NCBI RefSeq assembly: GCF_024521635.1 | Contig: NW_026250403.1 | Location: 1,922,001-1,986,000, forward strand | Direction of reading: 5' to 3' | Length of the DNA: 64,000 nt | Source of the DNA: Tricharina praecox | Taxonomy: Eukaryota | Shown: positions 27,405 through 37,565 of the stretch, piece after piece | Position numbering within the stretch: position 1 is the first letter of the stretch | How the letters are laid out: each line of letters opens with the position of its first letter | Program-made: the position numbers and the translations under genes | The notes under the pieces: model-generated | Told to the model about the DNA's origin: nothing | Seen by the model: the letters and a program-made list of their open reading frames with translations, nothing else | Database searches by the model: none

Positions 27405-28748
27405 CTTGTAGGTGCAATTCAAATAGGGACTTCAAGTAAGCACTTAACCAGAATGTCCAAGTACATAGAGAGAAAATCGGTCCATTGTCGCACACGGCCT
27501 TTAACAGACTACGGTGTGGCGATCAAGTGTCAAAGTATCTAGAATTGGATGGTTCGAGGCAATGCCAATCGGCCATTGAGTGATATAGTGGGATTTAACG
27601 TAGCTAGAATAAGCAACCACTCTTGGTTGGTTGATCGAGACGCCCTTCGGGAAATAAATGACTTGCTTGCGTGTGTGTACTTTTTTTTGCAACCAAGTCG
27701 CGAGGTTAAAGTGCTCCTGCGTTCCGACGCTGCGACTGGCCGCACGGCTGAAACCTTCATGCGAGGTCCATAATCTTCAGGAGTCCATCCGACAGGAACG
27801 GTAAGGACAGGGCGATTTAGAGGCATCAATTAACGCCGTCGAATGATCTTTTCTGAAGGCGACAGGCTTAACTGAAAGGGAAGACTGGTTCCACGACCGA
27901 AGTTCTCGGGAACCACATGACGGAACATCATTTGCAGCTTTCATTGAGGCCATCTCGGCCGAGATGAATTGGGGACCTATGGGAAATGGTACCACGTGGC
28001 GAATTAAATGAATTGGCCTACGATCCTTTCCTCGGCAGAATAGGTACCTAAATCGATGCTCAAGAGTTTGTCCAACAACATCGTCTTTCCCGACAGTCGG
28101 ACAACCATTGGGGCTTCCGAATGTAGTCGCATCTACGCCATTCTTCTATGTTCCAATAGTCTCGACTTTCGAGTGAATGAAGCTCGCTCCGAGATGAAGT
28201 AAGGTAACATAAAGTACCCAATACCGTGGTTCACCGGATCAAACCTTTTTTGCCCCTCGTCTACTCGTCGTACGAAAGGACTTTGCAATACCGTATACCG
28301 GTAATTTCTTATAGGCCCATGTGGACTTCGCTGTTCAGAGTCTTATTGCGATTGAAGTAGAGTTGCGTATCTACTGAAAGTTTGTCCGTATGCTTTGCAC
28401 GGACTTGAAGTCAAAGCGGCTATGCATCGAGATGGTCGATGTCTCACGGAAGAAGTACGCTGTACAAGTGTCGATCTTGCATGCAAAATGGCCGGCTGTG
28501 AGTGGCTGGCTGTCTGCTTTACCCCGGTTTATGCTATGGAAGCGAAGCTTGGTGGCCGCCTCGTTATTTTGGATCAGGCTACTCTAGAGTAACCGCAGCG
28601 ACTCTCCCAACCGAAAGACATCTCCCCCCGCAAACAACTTGGACACTCTTATGCACCGCCATATCGATCGCCGCCGTGATCTCGCCCCATCATTCCCTAA
28701 CTTCAGCGCTTGTTTCATATCGCCACTTCTTCTGTCCCTCGCCGAACG

Positions 28749-31700
28749 ATGCCGCGACTGAACCTCCTGCGACCTCATCGCCGAGCCCATAGCTCGCAGT
28801 CAAGCGCGACACCATCATCTCCTGCCTCTGCCGTCGCGACGCCAACATCGTCATCACCGCCTCCTCCATCCACCTTTTCCTACAGGAGCATCCTTTCCGC
28901 GCTTCCACCACTTGATATTGGCTCGCCGGGCCTAGGCTCGCCGGGACAATGGTTGGACGGAACCGCTTACGATGGTGTCGCCACTACCGCTACCACTACC
29001 ACTACTGCGGTCGCACCACAGGCACCACAATACCCACCACCGCCCCGCCCACCACTACCACCACCATCACAGCCTCCAACTCCTTCCACCGCGACAGCTA
29101 CCCCTCCCCCCTCCTCCATCGGAGCTTTCTCCCGAACATCTACACCGTATACCGCGTTAACCTCCGACACTCCGGCGCCACGGAACAAGACATCGGCGAT
29201 GACACCCCCGTCGGTCGGCTTGCATTCGCGCGCGAATGAGAACGTCAAACCGGAGAAAGTCAAGGAAGCCGGCGGAAAGGGAATGAAATTGGGACGACTC
29301 AACCCGATGAGTCTACTACGGCGACGGTCGAGTCAGAGGGATCTTGCGCTGGGAAAGGACAAAGGGAGGAGCTCGAGGGACTTGCCAGATAATTTCGATC
29401 CTAAAATCATTTACGCAACCAGACACCCGGATTGGAGCAGTCATCCGAAGCGGGGATCGCAGGATCCGAGGCGGAGTTTGAGTCCTGTTCCAGTTGGGCC
29501 CGGGAGCCCGGGTGTGCCCATTAAAAGTGACGGGAAGAAACCTTCGCGGACGGAGATTGAGGAGGCGCAGGGCATTGATGCGAGGATTAGTCTTTCAGTC
29601 TCTCCGCAGGAGACAAGGCTGCCGACCAGGCCGCCGATGCCGATACCACAGATCGACAAGGACCTACCGCCACCACCCTCACAGATTCCGCCACCGCCTC
29701 CTCCTCCGCTAGCAGAAGAAACAGAATCTCTGCTGCCGGTCGCAATGACCCCCGAGATGCCAATTGTCCCTGAGATGCCGACCTCCCCGTCAACTGCAGT
29801 ATTTAGGCCCACATCGGCGCTTTCCGGGCTCTCCGGCATCTCGGATACACCGACAGAGGAACGACGACGGCGTGGCGTTACCTTGATAGACCATCCGCTC
29901 GCGATGCCACACTACAAAGCTGTCAACTCTTCGCGCTTTAGCTTCGAGGGCAGCAGTAAGTCTCCGAGCGCGGCGCCATCCCAGAAAGGTCTTGACTCGG
30001 AAGAGGATGACGATCGATCCTCGTTTGCGGATGGCAGCTTCCAGTTTAACCTGGACGACGAGGGCTATGAAGACGATGGGTTTGAGCGGGCCAACGAGGG
30101 ACTATTCGGAAACGACCCCATATCCGATGAACTCGCCGACCAGTATAATGCTCTCCAGGCAGCCATGGATGTGATGAAAATCACCATGGCGCAACAGGAG
30201 CAAGGTATTGGAATGGCGTTATCGGAGGATATGCCGAATCAATCCGGCGGTGAGATGGAGTTTGGCGGGTTCCCTACGGACGATAACTTGCCGTTTATGG
30301 ACCCACAACCGTTAGCGGCAGAGCAGTCGGCCAAGGATATCACTCTCAGTTCCAGACAGCGTATGGCAAATCCTCGGAATCTGGAATTAACAAGCGATGA
30401 CTTGGACTTTATGGACGACGAGCAAGAGTTGGCAGGTTATGAGGATGATGACGATGACATGTACTTTGACGACGGGCTCATAACCGACTATGCAGCCGAT
30501 TCAGAGACGCAGGATGAGCAACCGCAGCCCTCTCTCTTACCGCAGCCTCAAAAATTGACCATACAACCGCCATCCGACGACACAACACCTGCTTCGCCTC
30601 CCGTGGAAGGGTACTTTGGCCAGGTTAATCCTGAATTCGATGCCGCCAACCGGTTTTCTATGGTCACTCAGGACACTGGCATCTCCTCCGGTTTAATACC
30701 GCAAGACGGCTCGATGGCCACTGAACCGGAGGATCCGATGCCCAAATTCCCACCATTCATCAATCCGATTGGAGGTGGCCTGGGGTTCACACCCCAACAG
30801 CATCAGTTCTATGCCCCGGAGGTCAACGGTACCCTTCTTAACGGCTACGCCTTAAGTTCACTCACATCTACGCTCCAACAGTATCAGATGCAGCAACAAC
30901 AGCTCGGTCTCGCTGGTGCACCACAGAGCCCTTCGGAGGGCTACGACTCCGACATCAATGAGCGTCCAAATTTCGGCAACGACTCGGATTTCGACTTTAG
31001 TTATGATTATGACTACAATGATGATGATGACCCTATGGTTGCGGCTGCTAATGCGGAAGCGTTGGCCAACGACAGCGAAGGCTTTTACGGCTCGGAATTC
31101 GGATTTTACTCTAGCAACACCAACGGCGGGCTTTCTTACGCAGGAGGCTTCTTCGGCAATGCCGGCGTGAATGGGGAATTGTTGCGACCGCCGATTCGCA
31201 GGCCGTCTCTCACCCCTATCTCGGAAAGATCGGAGAGCAGCTACCGGAATAGCTTGGTGTTCCCAGTGCCGGGATCACAGGGCGGGGGATGGGGATCGCC
31301 AGGACCACTGTCGCCGGGAAGCTGGGGCACTGATCAAGGTGAGGAATTGACGCTGGGGCAGTTATTGCAGCTGAGGAGAAACGCATGGGGAGGTAGCAAC
31401 GGGAGCATGAGAAGCGCCGGTAGTGGGGGCAATGGAGGCGGCGCCGGCAGTGGTAGTCCCGTCACTAGTCCTGTCGGGAGTCCGTTAGGTTGGGGCGCAG
31501 GGAGCAACGCATTGGCCGCTGTCAGCATGGGAATGCCGTCGGTTTCGCAGATGAACATGGGGGACCAAGCTGCCGCTGAGTATCTGCTGCAGCAGCAACA
31601 GCAGGCAGGAATCTTTTCGCCACCTCTGTACCCACACTCAATTCCAGTTGCTACGGCATTGGCAGAACCTTCATCGGCAGAGCAGCAATTGATCCACCAA

Positions 31701-31886
31701 TACTTGGGCATGATGTCGCCTCCTCTACGATCATCGCCGCCGCCACCACCGGGTCTCTCTCCACCGCCGGGATTGGGATTCGGAACTACTCCTCCCCCTC
31801 CAGGTCTGCACCACGCTGGTGCGAAGGCGATGCTCCCGACGAAGGGGAGTTTTGAGGACCCTGCCAGTATAGAGGCTCCCTGGTAG
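28749..31886 (+). CDS. Large Pro/Ser/Asp-rich, largely disordered protein of unknown function
   Basis: Uninterrupted ~1045-codon ORF from ATG 28749. Islands that look conserved: RLNPMSLLRRRSSQ, DDDPMVAAANAEALANDSEGFYGSEFGFY, PSLTPISERSESSYRNS, LGQLLQLRRNAWGGSNGS. Confidence 0.8.
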   Translation: MPRLNLLRPHRRAHSSQSSATPSSPASAVATPTSSSPPPPSTFSYRSILSALPPLDIGSPGLGSPGQWLDGTAYDGVATTATTTTTAVAPQAPQYPPPPRPPLPPPSQPPTPSTATATPPPSSIGAFSRTSTPYTALTSDTPAPRNKTSAMTPPSVGLHSRANENVKPEKVKEAGGKGMKLGRLNPMSLLRRRSSQRDLALGKDKGRSSRDLPDNFDPKIIYATRHPDWSSHPKRGSQDPRRSLSPVPVGPGSPGVPIKSDGKKPSRTEIEEAQGIDARISLSVSPQETRLPTRPPMPIPQIDKDLPPPPSQIPPPPPPPLAEETESLLPVAMTPEMPIVPEMPTSPSTAVFRPTSALSGLSGISDTPTEERRRRGVTLIDHPLAMPHYKAVNSSRFSFEGSSKSPSAAPSQKGLDSEEDDDRSSFADGSFQFNLDDEGYEDDGFERANEGLFGNDPISDELADQYNALQAAMDVMKITMAQQEQGIGMALSEDMPNQSGGEMEFGGFPTDDNLPFMDPQPLAAEQSAKDITLSSRQRMANPRNLELTSDDLDFMDDEQELAGYEDDDDDMYFDDGLITDYAADSETQDEQPQPSLLPQPQKLTIQPPSDDTTPASPPVEGYFGQVNPEFDAANRFSMVTQDTGISSGLIPQDGSMATEPEDPMPKFPPFINPIGGGLGFTPQQHQFYAPEVNGTLLNGYALSSLTSTLQQYQMQQQQLGLAGAPQSPSEGYDSDINERPNFGNDSDFDFSYDYDYNDDDDPMVAAANAEALANDSEGFYGSEFGFYSSNTNGGLSYAGGFFGNAGVNGELLRPPIRRPSLTPISERSESSYRNSLVFPVPGSQGGGWGSPGPLSPGSWGTDQGEELTLGQLLQLRRNAWGGSNGSMRSAGSGGNGGGAGSGSPVTSPVGSPLGWGAGSNALAAVSMGMPSVSQMNMGDQAAAEYLLQQQQQAGIFSPPLYPHSIPVATALAEPSSAEQQLIHQYLGMMSPPLRSSPPPPPGLSPPPGLGFGTTPPPPGLHHAGAKAMLPTKGSFEDPASIEAPW

Positions 31887-32241
31887 TTCTTTTAATTTGC
31901 GCGTTTTTGGTTAGGTTAATCCTTTATTGGAGGAGGAAACATGTAACTATATTGTGTAGACTGTCGCTCTCTATAGACCTGTCGTTTATATACCTAGGGG
32001 GGGTAGGATATGTTGTGCTTTATGATACTGTTTGTGCATGGTGCGGGTTCAGGGCGTTCGGTCGTTTTAGGGGGGTTAATGTCGGCGGGGGGATCCGGAG
32101 GGTATGATGAATTTATAGCTCGCCGAATATTAGGTGCGATGGCTACAGCTGCATTCTAGTGCATGACACAAATTGTTTAGTTGAAGATCCTTCTTTGTTT
32201 TGCTCCGGGTTCGGGACGGTCTGCGGGCGATGGTCTGCGAG

Positions 32242-32803
32242 CAGTGTTCTCCATAGTCCAGTCCGTCCGTCCTGGGCCTCGGACGGGACTGGACTAGGTA
32301 AATACTTTTGGGAGTCCGTCCGGAGGCTTGGACTAGACTGGGTCAGTATGGGAAGTGTTGAGACTGGACGGACTGCAGGAGATTGGACGGACTGCTAAGT
32401 GTGGCGCAGCTACAGAATACTTAGCTCTCTCACATCCCCCCTCACCCCCAAAACTCTCCATGGCCAGAACCTAGAGGAGGCAGCAGTGAAGGAAGACCAG
32501 CGTACAGTACGCATCCCGGCCAGAAAAACCTGCCTGCGTGCATCATCCCCCCACCCAGCAAGCCGCGACTTCCCAACACGAACGTGCCAACCATGGCTGT
32601 GGTGGCTGTGGTGGCTGTGGCTAGAGAATGTAGCGGCTTGGCGCTGGGTGGCAGTCAACACCTAGTAATTTGGAGGCTCTTTATGAATATTATTTTTATC
32701 CAGTCGACTGCAGTCTTTGAAAATCTCAGACTGGATGGACTATTTTCATGCAGTCTGCCAAAACCACTGGACTGCAGTCCGGACCGGATTATGTAGAATA
32801 CTG
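32242..32803. mobile_element. Non-autonomous hAT-type DNA transposon (MITE), 562 bp
   Basis: Left TIR CAGTGTTCTCCATAGTCCAGTCCG vs reverse-complemented right end CAGTATTCTACATAATCCGGTCCG (20/24). Flanked by TCTGCGAG / TCTGTGAG (8-bp TSD, 7/8). Subterminal GGACT/AGTCC repeats; no transposase ORF. Confidence 0.85.
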
Positions 32804-33525
32804 TCTGTGAGAGATCAGGCTGTAGTTGTCTGTCGGCTGTCTTCCGACCAGGCCTACAGCTGGTTCAGGCGGCAGCTATCTGTCCTTTCGCCTTGAATTG
32901 TGCCAGAGGACGGACTGTTAGAATTGGTCTTTTGGGAACTGGAACTATGATTATATGGTTTCCACAACCCGAAACCTTATTCCCACAAACAGCTGGAGCC
33001 GGTTGACTTCTTACTCTGCCAAACCCAAGCTAGCCCGGTGGATGTTGCCAATAAACTGTTTAGGATGATTTATGGACTGCGCTTCGGCGACGGGACAGCC
33101 ACCATGAGGGAAAAGAAACATGCCTGGATGCAATCACGACGGCTGAAAACCTGGAGGGCAGTGGCATGTGGGGGAGATCCAATAATTCTATCAATAGCAA
33201 AATGAATACGTATATTTTCCGCTCCGCTTCCCGTCTGCCACTTGGCCCACTGAGAAGCACAGCCGAGCAGCGAGTAGAGTATGGTCACCCTTCTCGCAGC
33301 CTCTTGCTCTGGAAAGCCAAAATTGGCCGGACCGTGTATGTAGAAGAATCATGATTCATTTCGCGCTTAATCATTAAGTAAGATGTAGATAAGTACCATA
33401 TCCAGACTTCCGCTATCTACTAGTTATGCGCCAATTCAGAAGCCAACCGAAAATAAACGAGAGTGGCGCACCCCTGTTCCCGCCAGACTTCACGCCATCA
33501 ACTCCGGAACACACAACATACAACA

Positions 33526-34273
33526 TCATGCATCGCACACTTCACTCTCGAGGACCTTCACCATGTCCTCGACTCTGCACATCTCTACCAGGGCGCCATG
33601 CAGGAAAGGCATTCCCGCTTGACGACCCTTCGACTTTTGGCCACCACACGTATTATTGTGGCGCTTCAGGGTGAACTGCCGCGAAAAATAACCGTGGCAG
33701 CGGTCACATTGGAACGGATACGTGTGCGTAGAGATGTGTTCCCTACAGGCGGCGATGGCACATGGAAGTTAACTCCTAGCGCAGGAGGCGATGGCAAAAG
33801 AAGATGATGAAGAAGAAGTGGAAGACAGACCTGACTCTGCTGAGGAAGGCAAACCTCTTGTTGGCGCAGTTGAGGTGCAGTTGGGGTGCGTGGAGATAGA
33901 AGGGACAGGCAAGCCGCCGAGCAGCTGGAGCGCACTGGAGATTCTGGGTATTGACGATTCTCTCTGCGTCGTCGAAGGCCGGCGGACTGGACGATTTCTC
34001 AGCCGGGAAATTCCGTGATTTGTGGTGATTAAGGTTCCACCCATCCGCGACGGATCTAGCGCCGTTGACAATTGGGCCGACCAGGTTGTGGTCAGCGTAT
34101 GCATGGCCGGTGCCGTGTGACGGACGCTGTTGGTCAAGTATGTGGATTGGCCGTGGTCGTAGGGGGTGGTGCTCAGTGTGGGAAATGTGTGCAGTGTGCG
34201 TAGGCCACTCCTGGTGCTCTTTGTCGTCATCACTACTGGGTGTTGTCGGGATAAAATTGGAGTTAAAGGCCAT
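33526..34273 (-). CDS. Small two-exon zinc-finger protein (LACPF-type finger plus C2HC finger)
   Basis: Exon 34273-33831, intron 33830-33743 (GTCTGT..GTTAAC..TAG), exon 33742-33526. The splice yields LACPFYLHAPQLHLNCANKRFAFLSRVREHISTH-TYPFQCDRCHGYFSRQFTLKRHNNTC. Confidence 0.7.
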
Positions 34274-36869
34274 CTCGGATGCTCTACTTTTTCTTCAGAT
34301 ACGATGAAGAGGTGGTTTCGGGCTGATTTATATGTTGGCCAGCAGTGTGCGCACTCTTGGAATCCAACCGAAGAGGGGTATTGGAACCAAGTACAGTTCA
34401 TGGGTTCACCATCACGAATACAACCAACGACCGAGGAATCAGAATCGAAGACTTCGACAACACAAACGATCGGTTGTTTGTCTCCATACCAGTAAGCACA
34501 ACATTCCTCCTAGGACAGACTTCGCACTTGTCGTCAGCAGAAGGAGCTCTGGCATAAGCGACGATCAGACTCGTACATACTAGCTGTCGGGCAGTATTAT
34601 GTCAATCTTTGCACCTTTCGCTATTTTCTAATGTTCATCCCTACGTCTTGCTGCCAGCCAAGTAGATCTTGAACGATACTTGCATGGAACCGAGCTCTAC
34701 CTGCAGGGGGATACTATTCCACGTGACTTCCACCGAACCGTCACTCTCTCCCCGGAGCCACCTGTTGCCTCGTTACAGCGGACTTAATGATTGCAGAGTT
34801 CGATTAAGCCTAAAACACGAAGACCAGCTTTAGGGTTTCCCGGAGATACTGTCTCTGGAGACAGCGTGTCGATTTGCGCACAGGACAATATTCAGATACG
34901 CTTTCACTGCGAGGACATTATAAACCAATACCAGCTCCTAGATTGAAGCCGGAGACACGTGGGACGAGGCGTGTCAATATTTGAGCGTGAACATGAAGAT
35001 GAAGTAAACCTGCTACTACGAGAGGGGCATGTTGAGCGGGCTGGTTGGATCCGGTAATGTTCCTGGAGAAGCGTTTTTCTTCGGAAGTGGAAGTGGGAGA
35101 AGTCGGGGCGAATTTCTGCAGCTCTGCTGTTTGTCGACTGAATAACGTAGCCTGTAGGTGTATAACGGCCGTTCTGATTGGGTTGCTGCTTGACTGATGT
35201 GCCACTTGGTCCAGAACATAAACGTATGTCAAAAAATAAGCCGCCAGCAACCTGAAAAGAACGGGCCAGCGAGCGCACGGAGTGAGAATGAGTGCACACC
35301 ACGAGCCCTGTACAATGTGAGCCTTGGTAATTCCTCTCTCTTTCACTCAGCCCTCGGCATCTAGTCAGTCAACTGCTTTCTCTGCTCGGTGCGTTTCCCC
35401 ACGTCGCATAAAAACGGACTCGTGGGCTAATAAACATCTCGCCAACTCACTTAGGAGGAGGGGATTGGGCTGCACTCCACTCCATGAATCATTGGTAGAG
35501 TACCTCGGCGTTTAGATTGCAGCCAGAACTCCGCTGCAGCCAGTCGGGAGTGCTGCAGTGCATATACGTTTTGCCTGGTGGAGCATTTTGTGTGAATTAG
35601 AATTTAGTCGTCACTAAAAATCAGTTGTCATAACACGTTGGAGCACGATGGCGCACCCGTTGCGCTGCGCTGGATCTCACAGTGACGCTAAGCTCTGGGT
35701 ATGCAGTGATTGCTGCATGGACCTTTTCAGTCGAATCATTTTGGACGACAGCTTGAGGGTGATGAAGAAGAAGATGAAGACGAAAAAGAAAAAGAAGAAG
35801 AAGATGATGATGATGATTATGACGCTGGTGCTGATGACCCTGATGATGCCGATGTTCTATATAGGGTTGTGTACTCCCAGACCCGGGAAATATGCGAAAC
35901 GATAGTTCGATGCAGGCAGAAGCAGACAGACCAAATGCAGTGAATAAACTATCACCTGAAGAGAAATGGCCCACCAGAAAGGAAGGCGATCGCTTGGCCT
36001 CAGAATGATGGAACGTACATAGAAAGATCAAGTAGAAGGCAGCAAAGTACTAGCCTATAATCTAGCAATTCTGCAGACATCACCAACATCTCCAGCCACA
36101 ATATCACACTAAAATCCTCAGCCGACAATTTTCCTCACGCAACGAAGGCTCACCCTAAGCATGAATTAATCAAAGAACTCAATAGATTCGCTAGAACCCG
36201 CTGATGTGCTTCTCGATTTGCCGTGAATAATTCCTACCATTTTTTGCTATCGGCACTAGTGTTTTTCTTTTCTCTTACCATGCACAAGGCTGCAGTCGAG
36301 TGATAGGTCATTGCCATCGACAGTCACCCTAAAGGCAACGCTTACATGTGGTATAATTATAATAGGCATTGCAACTTTTATCGACAAGGGCATCAGTACC
36401 TCGGAAAGTGCTTACCTGCGAAGGGTAAACCGACCATACTACGTTCATGAATTTACAGTCCAGTGTCACGCCGAATAGAGGCCCAGAAAACATCGTTCCT
36501 AAGTTTCCGGACCGCTGTTGTCCTAAGATCCAATCCTCTCGAGTTGATTCGGCAATTGGGGGGTCTATTCCTGGTCAAGCGGTAGACAAGCGGGTCTCTG
36601 GTGATCGCGCGGTAGCCTACGTGGCTTATTCCGTTTTGTGCGGTGGGACCCCAATATCCATGGACTCGGAGTCTAGGAATGACCCATCCCATCGCAGCTA
36701 GTTAGTTCCGTTTCCGTGTGTGTGTTTGTGTGTGTGCCCTGTGGGCAGGTGGGCAGATAAGCGACCAAACATGTGGTCGACCTTCCCGCGTGTTGGCGGA
36801 GTGTCTCACGTGTGGCAGGAGGCTACACGAGCGTGCAGGTAAATAAGTAAGCATATACCTACTGAGTTG

Positions 36870-37245
36870 GTCAGTGGAGGAGAGGAAGTCTAGAATGGCC
36901 AGGCTGCACCGCCCGTCTGCGAAGAGGTCCCGAATCTTGAATCGATCTTCGGCTGGTGAAACCTCGAGACCAGGCGCTTGGGGGCCTTGGCCGGGGTCGG
37001 GTCTGGTCTCTGGCCAGATTTTCTGCTGAAACGGTACTTCTTGTTGGTGACTCGTGCGTCGGTCCATTCTTTGGCTTCTTCCCACTTGCTTTCCGTGATG
37101 CCACGTCTCGGATATGCGAGTGACGGAGGGGGTATATAGTTGTCTGGTGCCGTACCTGTACGTGTAGCGGGTGATCTCCACTCCGCGAGCGGTCAGGTTG
37201 TCAGCTGCCAGTTTTACCCATTCGTCGGCCTTTTCGTTCTTCGAG
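36870..37245 (-). mobile_element. Degenerate non-LTR retrotransposon (LINE, Tad1-like) ORF2 3' remnant: RNase H end and C-terminus
   Basis: NEKADEWVKLAA..ARGVE resembles the RNase H C-terminal GNExAD motif. A frameshifted segment reads SLAYPRRGITESKWEEAKEW..RPDPTPAKAPKRLVSRFHQ, followed by DRFKIRDLFADGRCSLAILDFLSSTD. Confidence 0.75.
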
Positions 37246-37385
37246 TTAATAAGAGATAGCAAGCGTTAAAACGGTCAGCATCCAATCGCACGCGCGAGTG
37301 ATAGCAAGTGAAAGATTCGATATTGTATGTACGCATAGTATGATGGGGTATAAAAGCAACGAAAACAACTTTCTGATGTAATAAT

Positions 37386-37432
37386 AAAAGCAAAAGCAGA
37401 AGTTAAAAGCAAAAGCAAAAGCAAAAGCAAAA
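37386..37432. repeat. (CAAAAG)n hexamer microsatellite in the 3' region of the 37566-40142 gene
   Basis: aaaagcaaaagcagaagttaaaagcaaaagcaaaagcaaaagcaaaa. Confidence 0.8.
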
Positions 37433-37565
37433 CTCGGAGCCCAATTCCAATCCAATCCCACATTTACTCCCAGACAGACCAGACGAGACCAGACACTAAC
37501 ACGCAAGGAAAAGCAATAAAAGATAGTATAGACGTCCCCTCCATGCGCGGCTAAGCGGGTCGGTA

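Noticed and set aside
27501-27995. Short overlapping minus-strand ORFs downstream of HCS1
   Set aside because: No recognisable motif and no consistent splice model.
34904-36031. 130-140 aa ORFs and an acidic DEEED tract
   Set aside because: Driven by GAA/GAT trinucleotide low complexity; no domain recognised. At most a gene relic.
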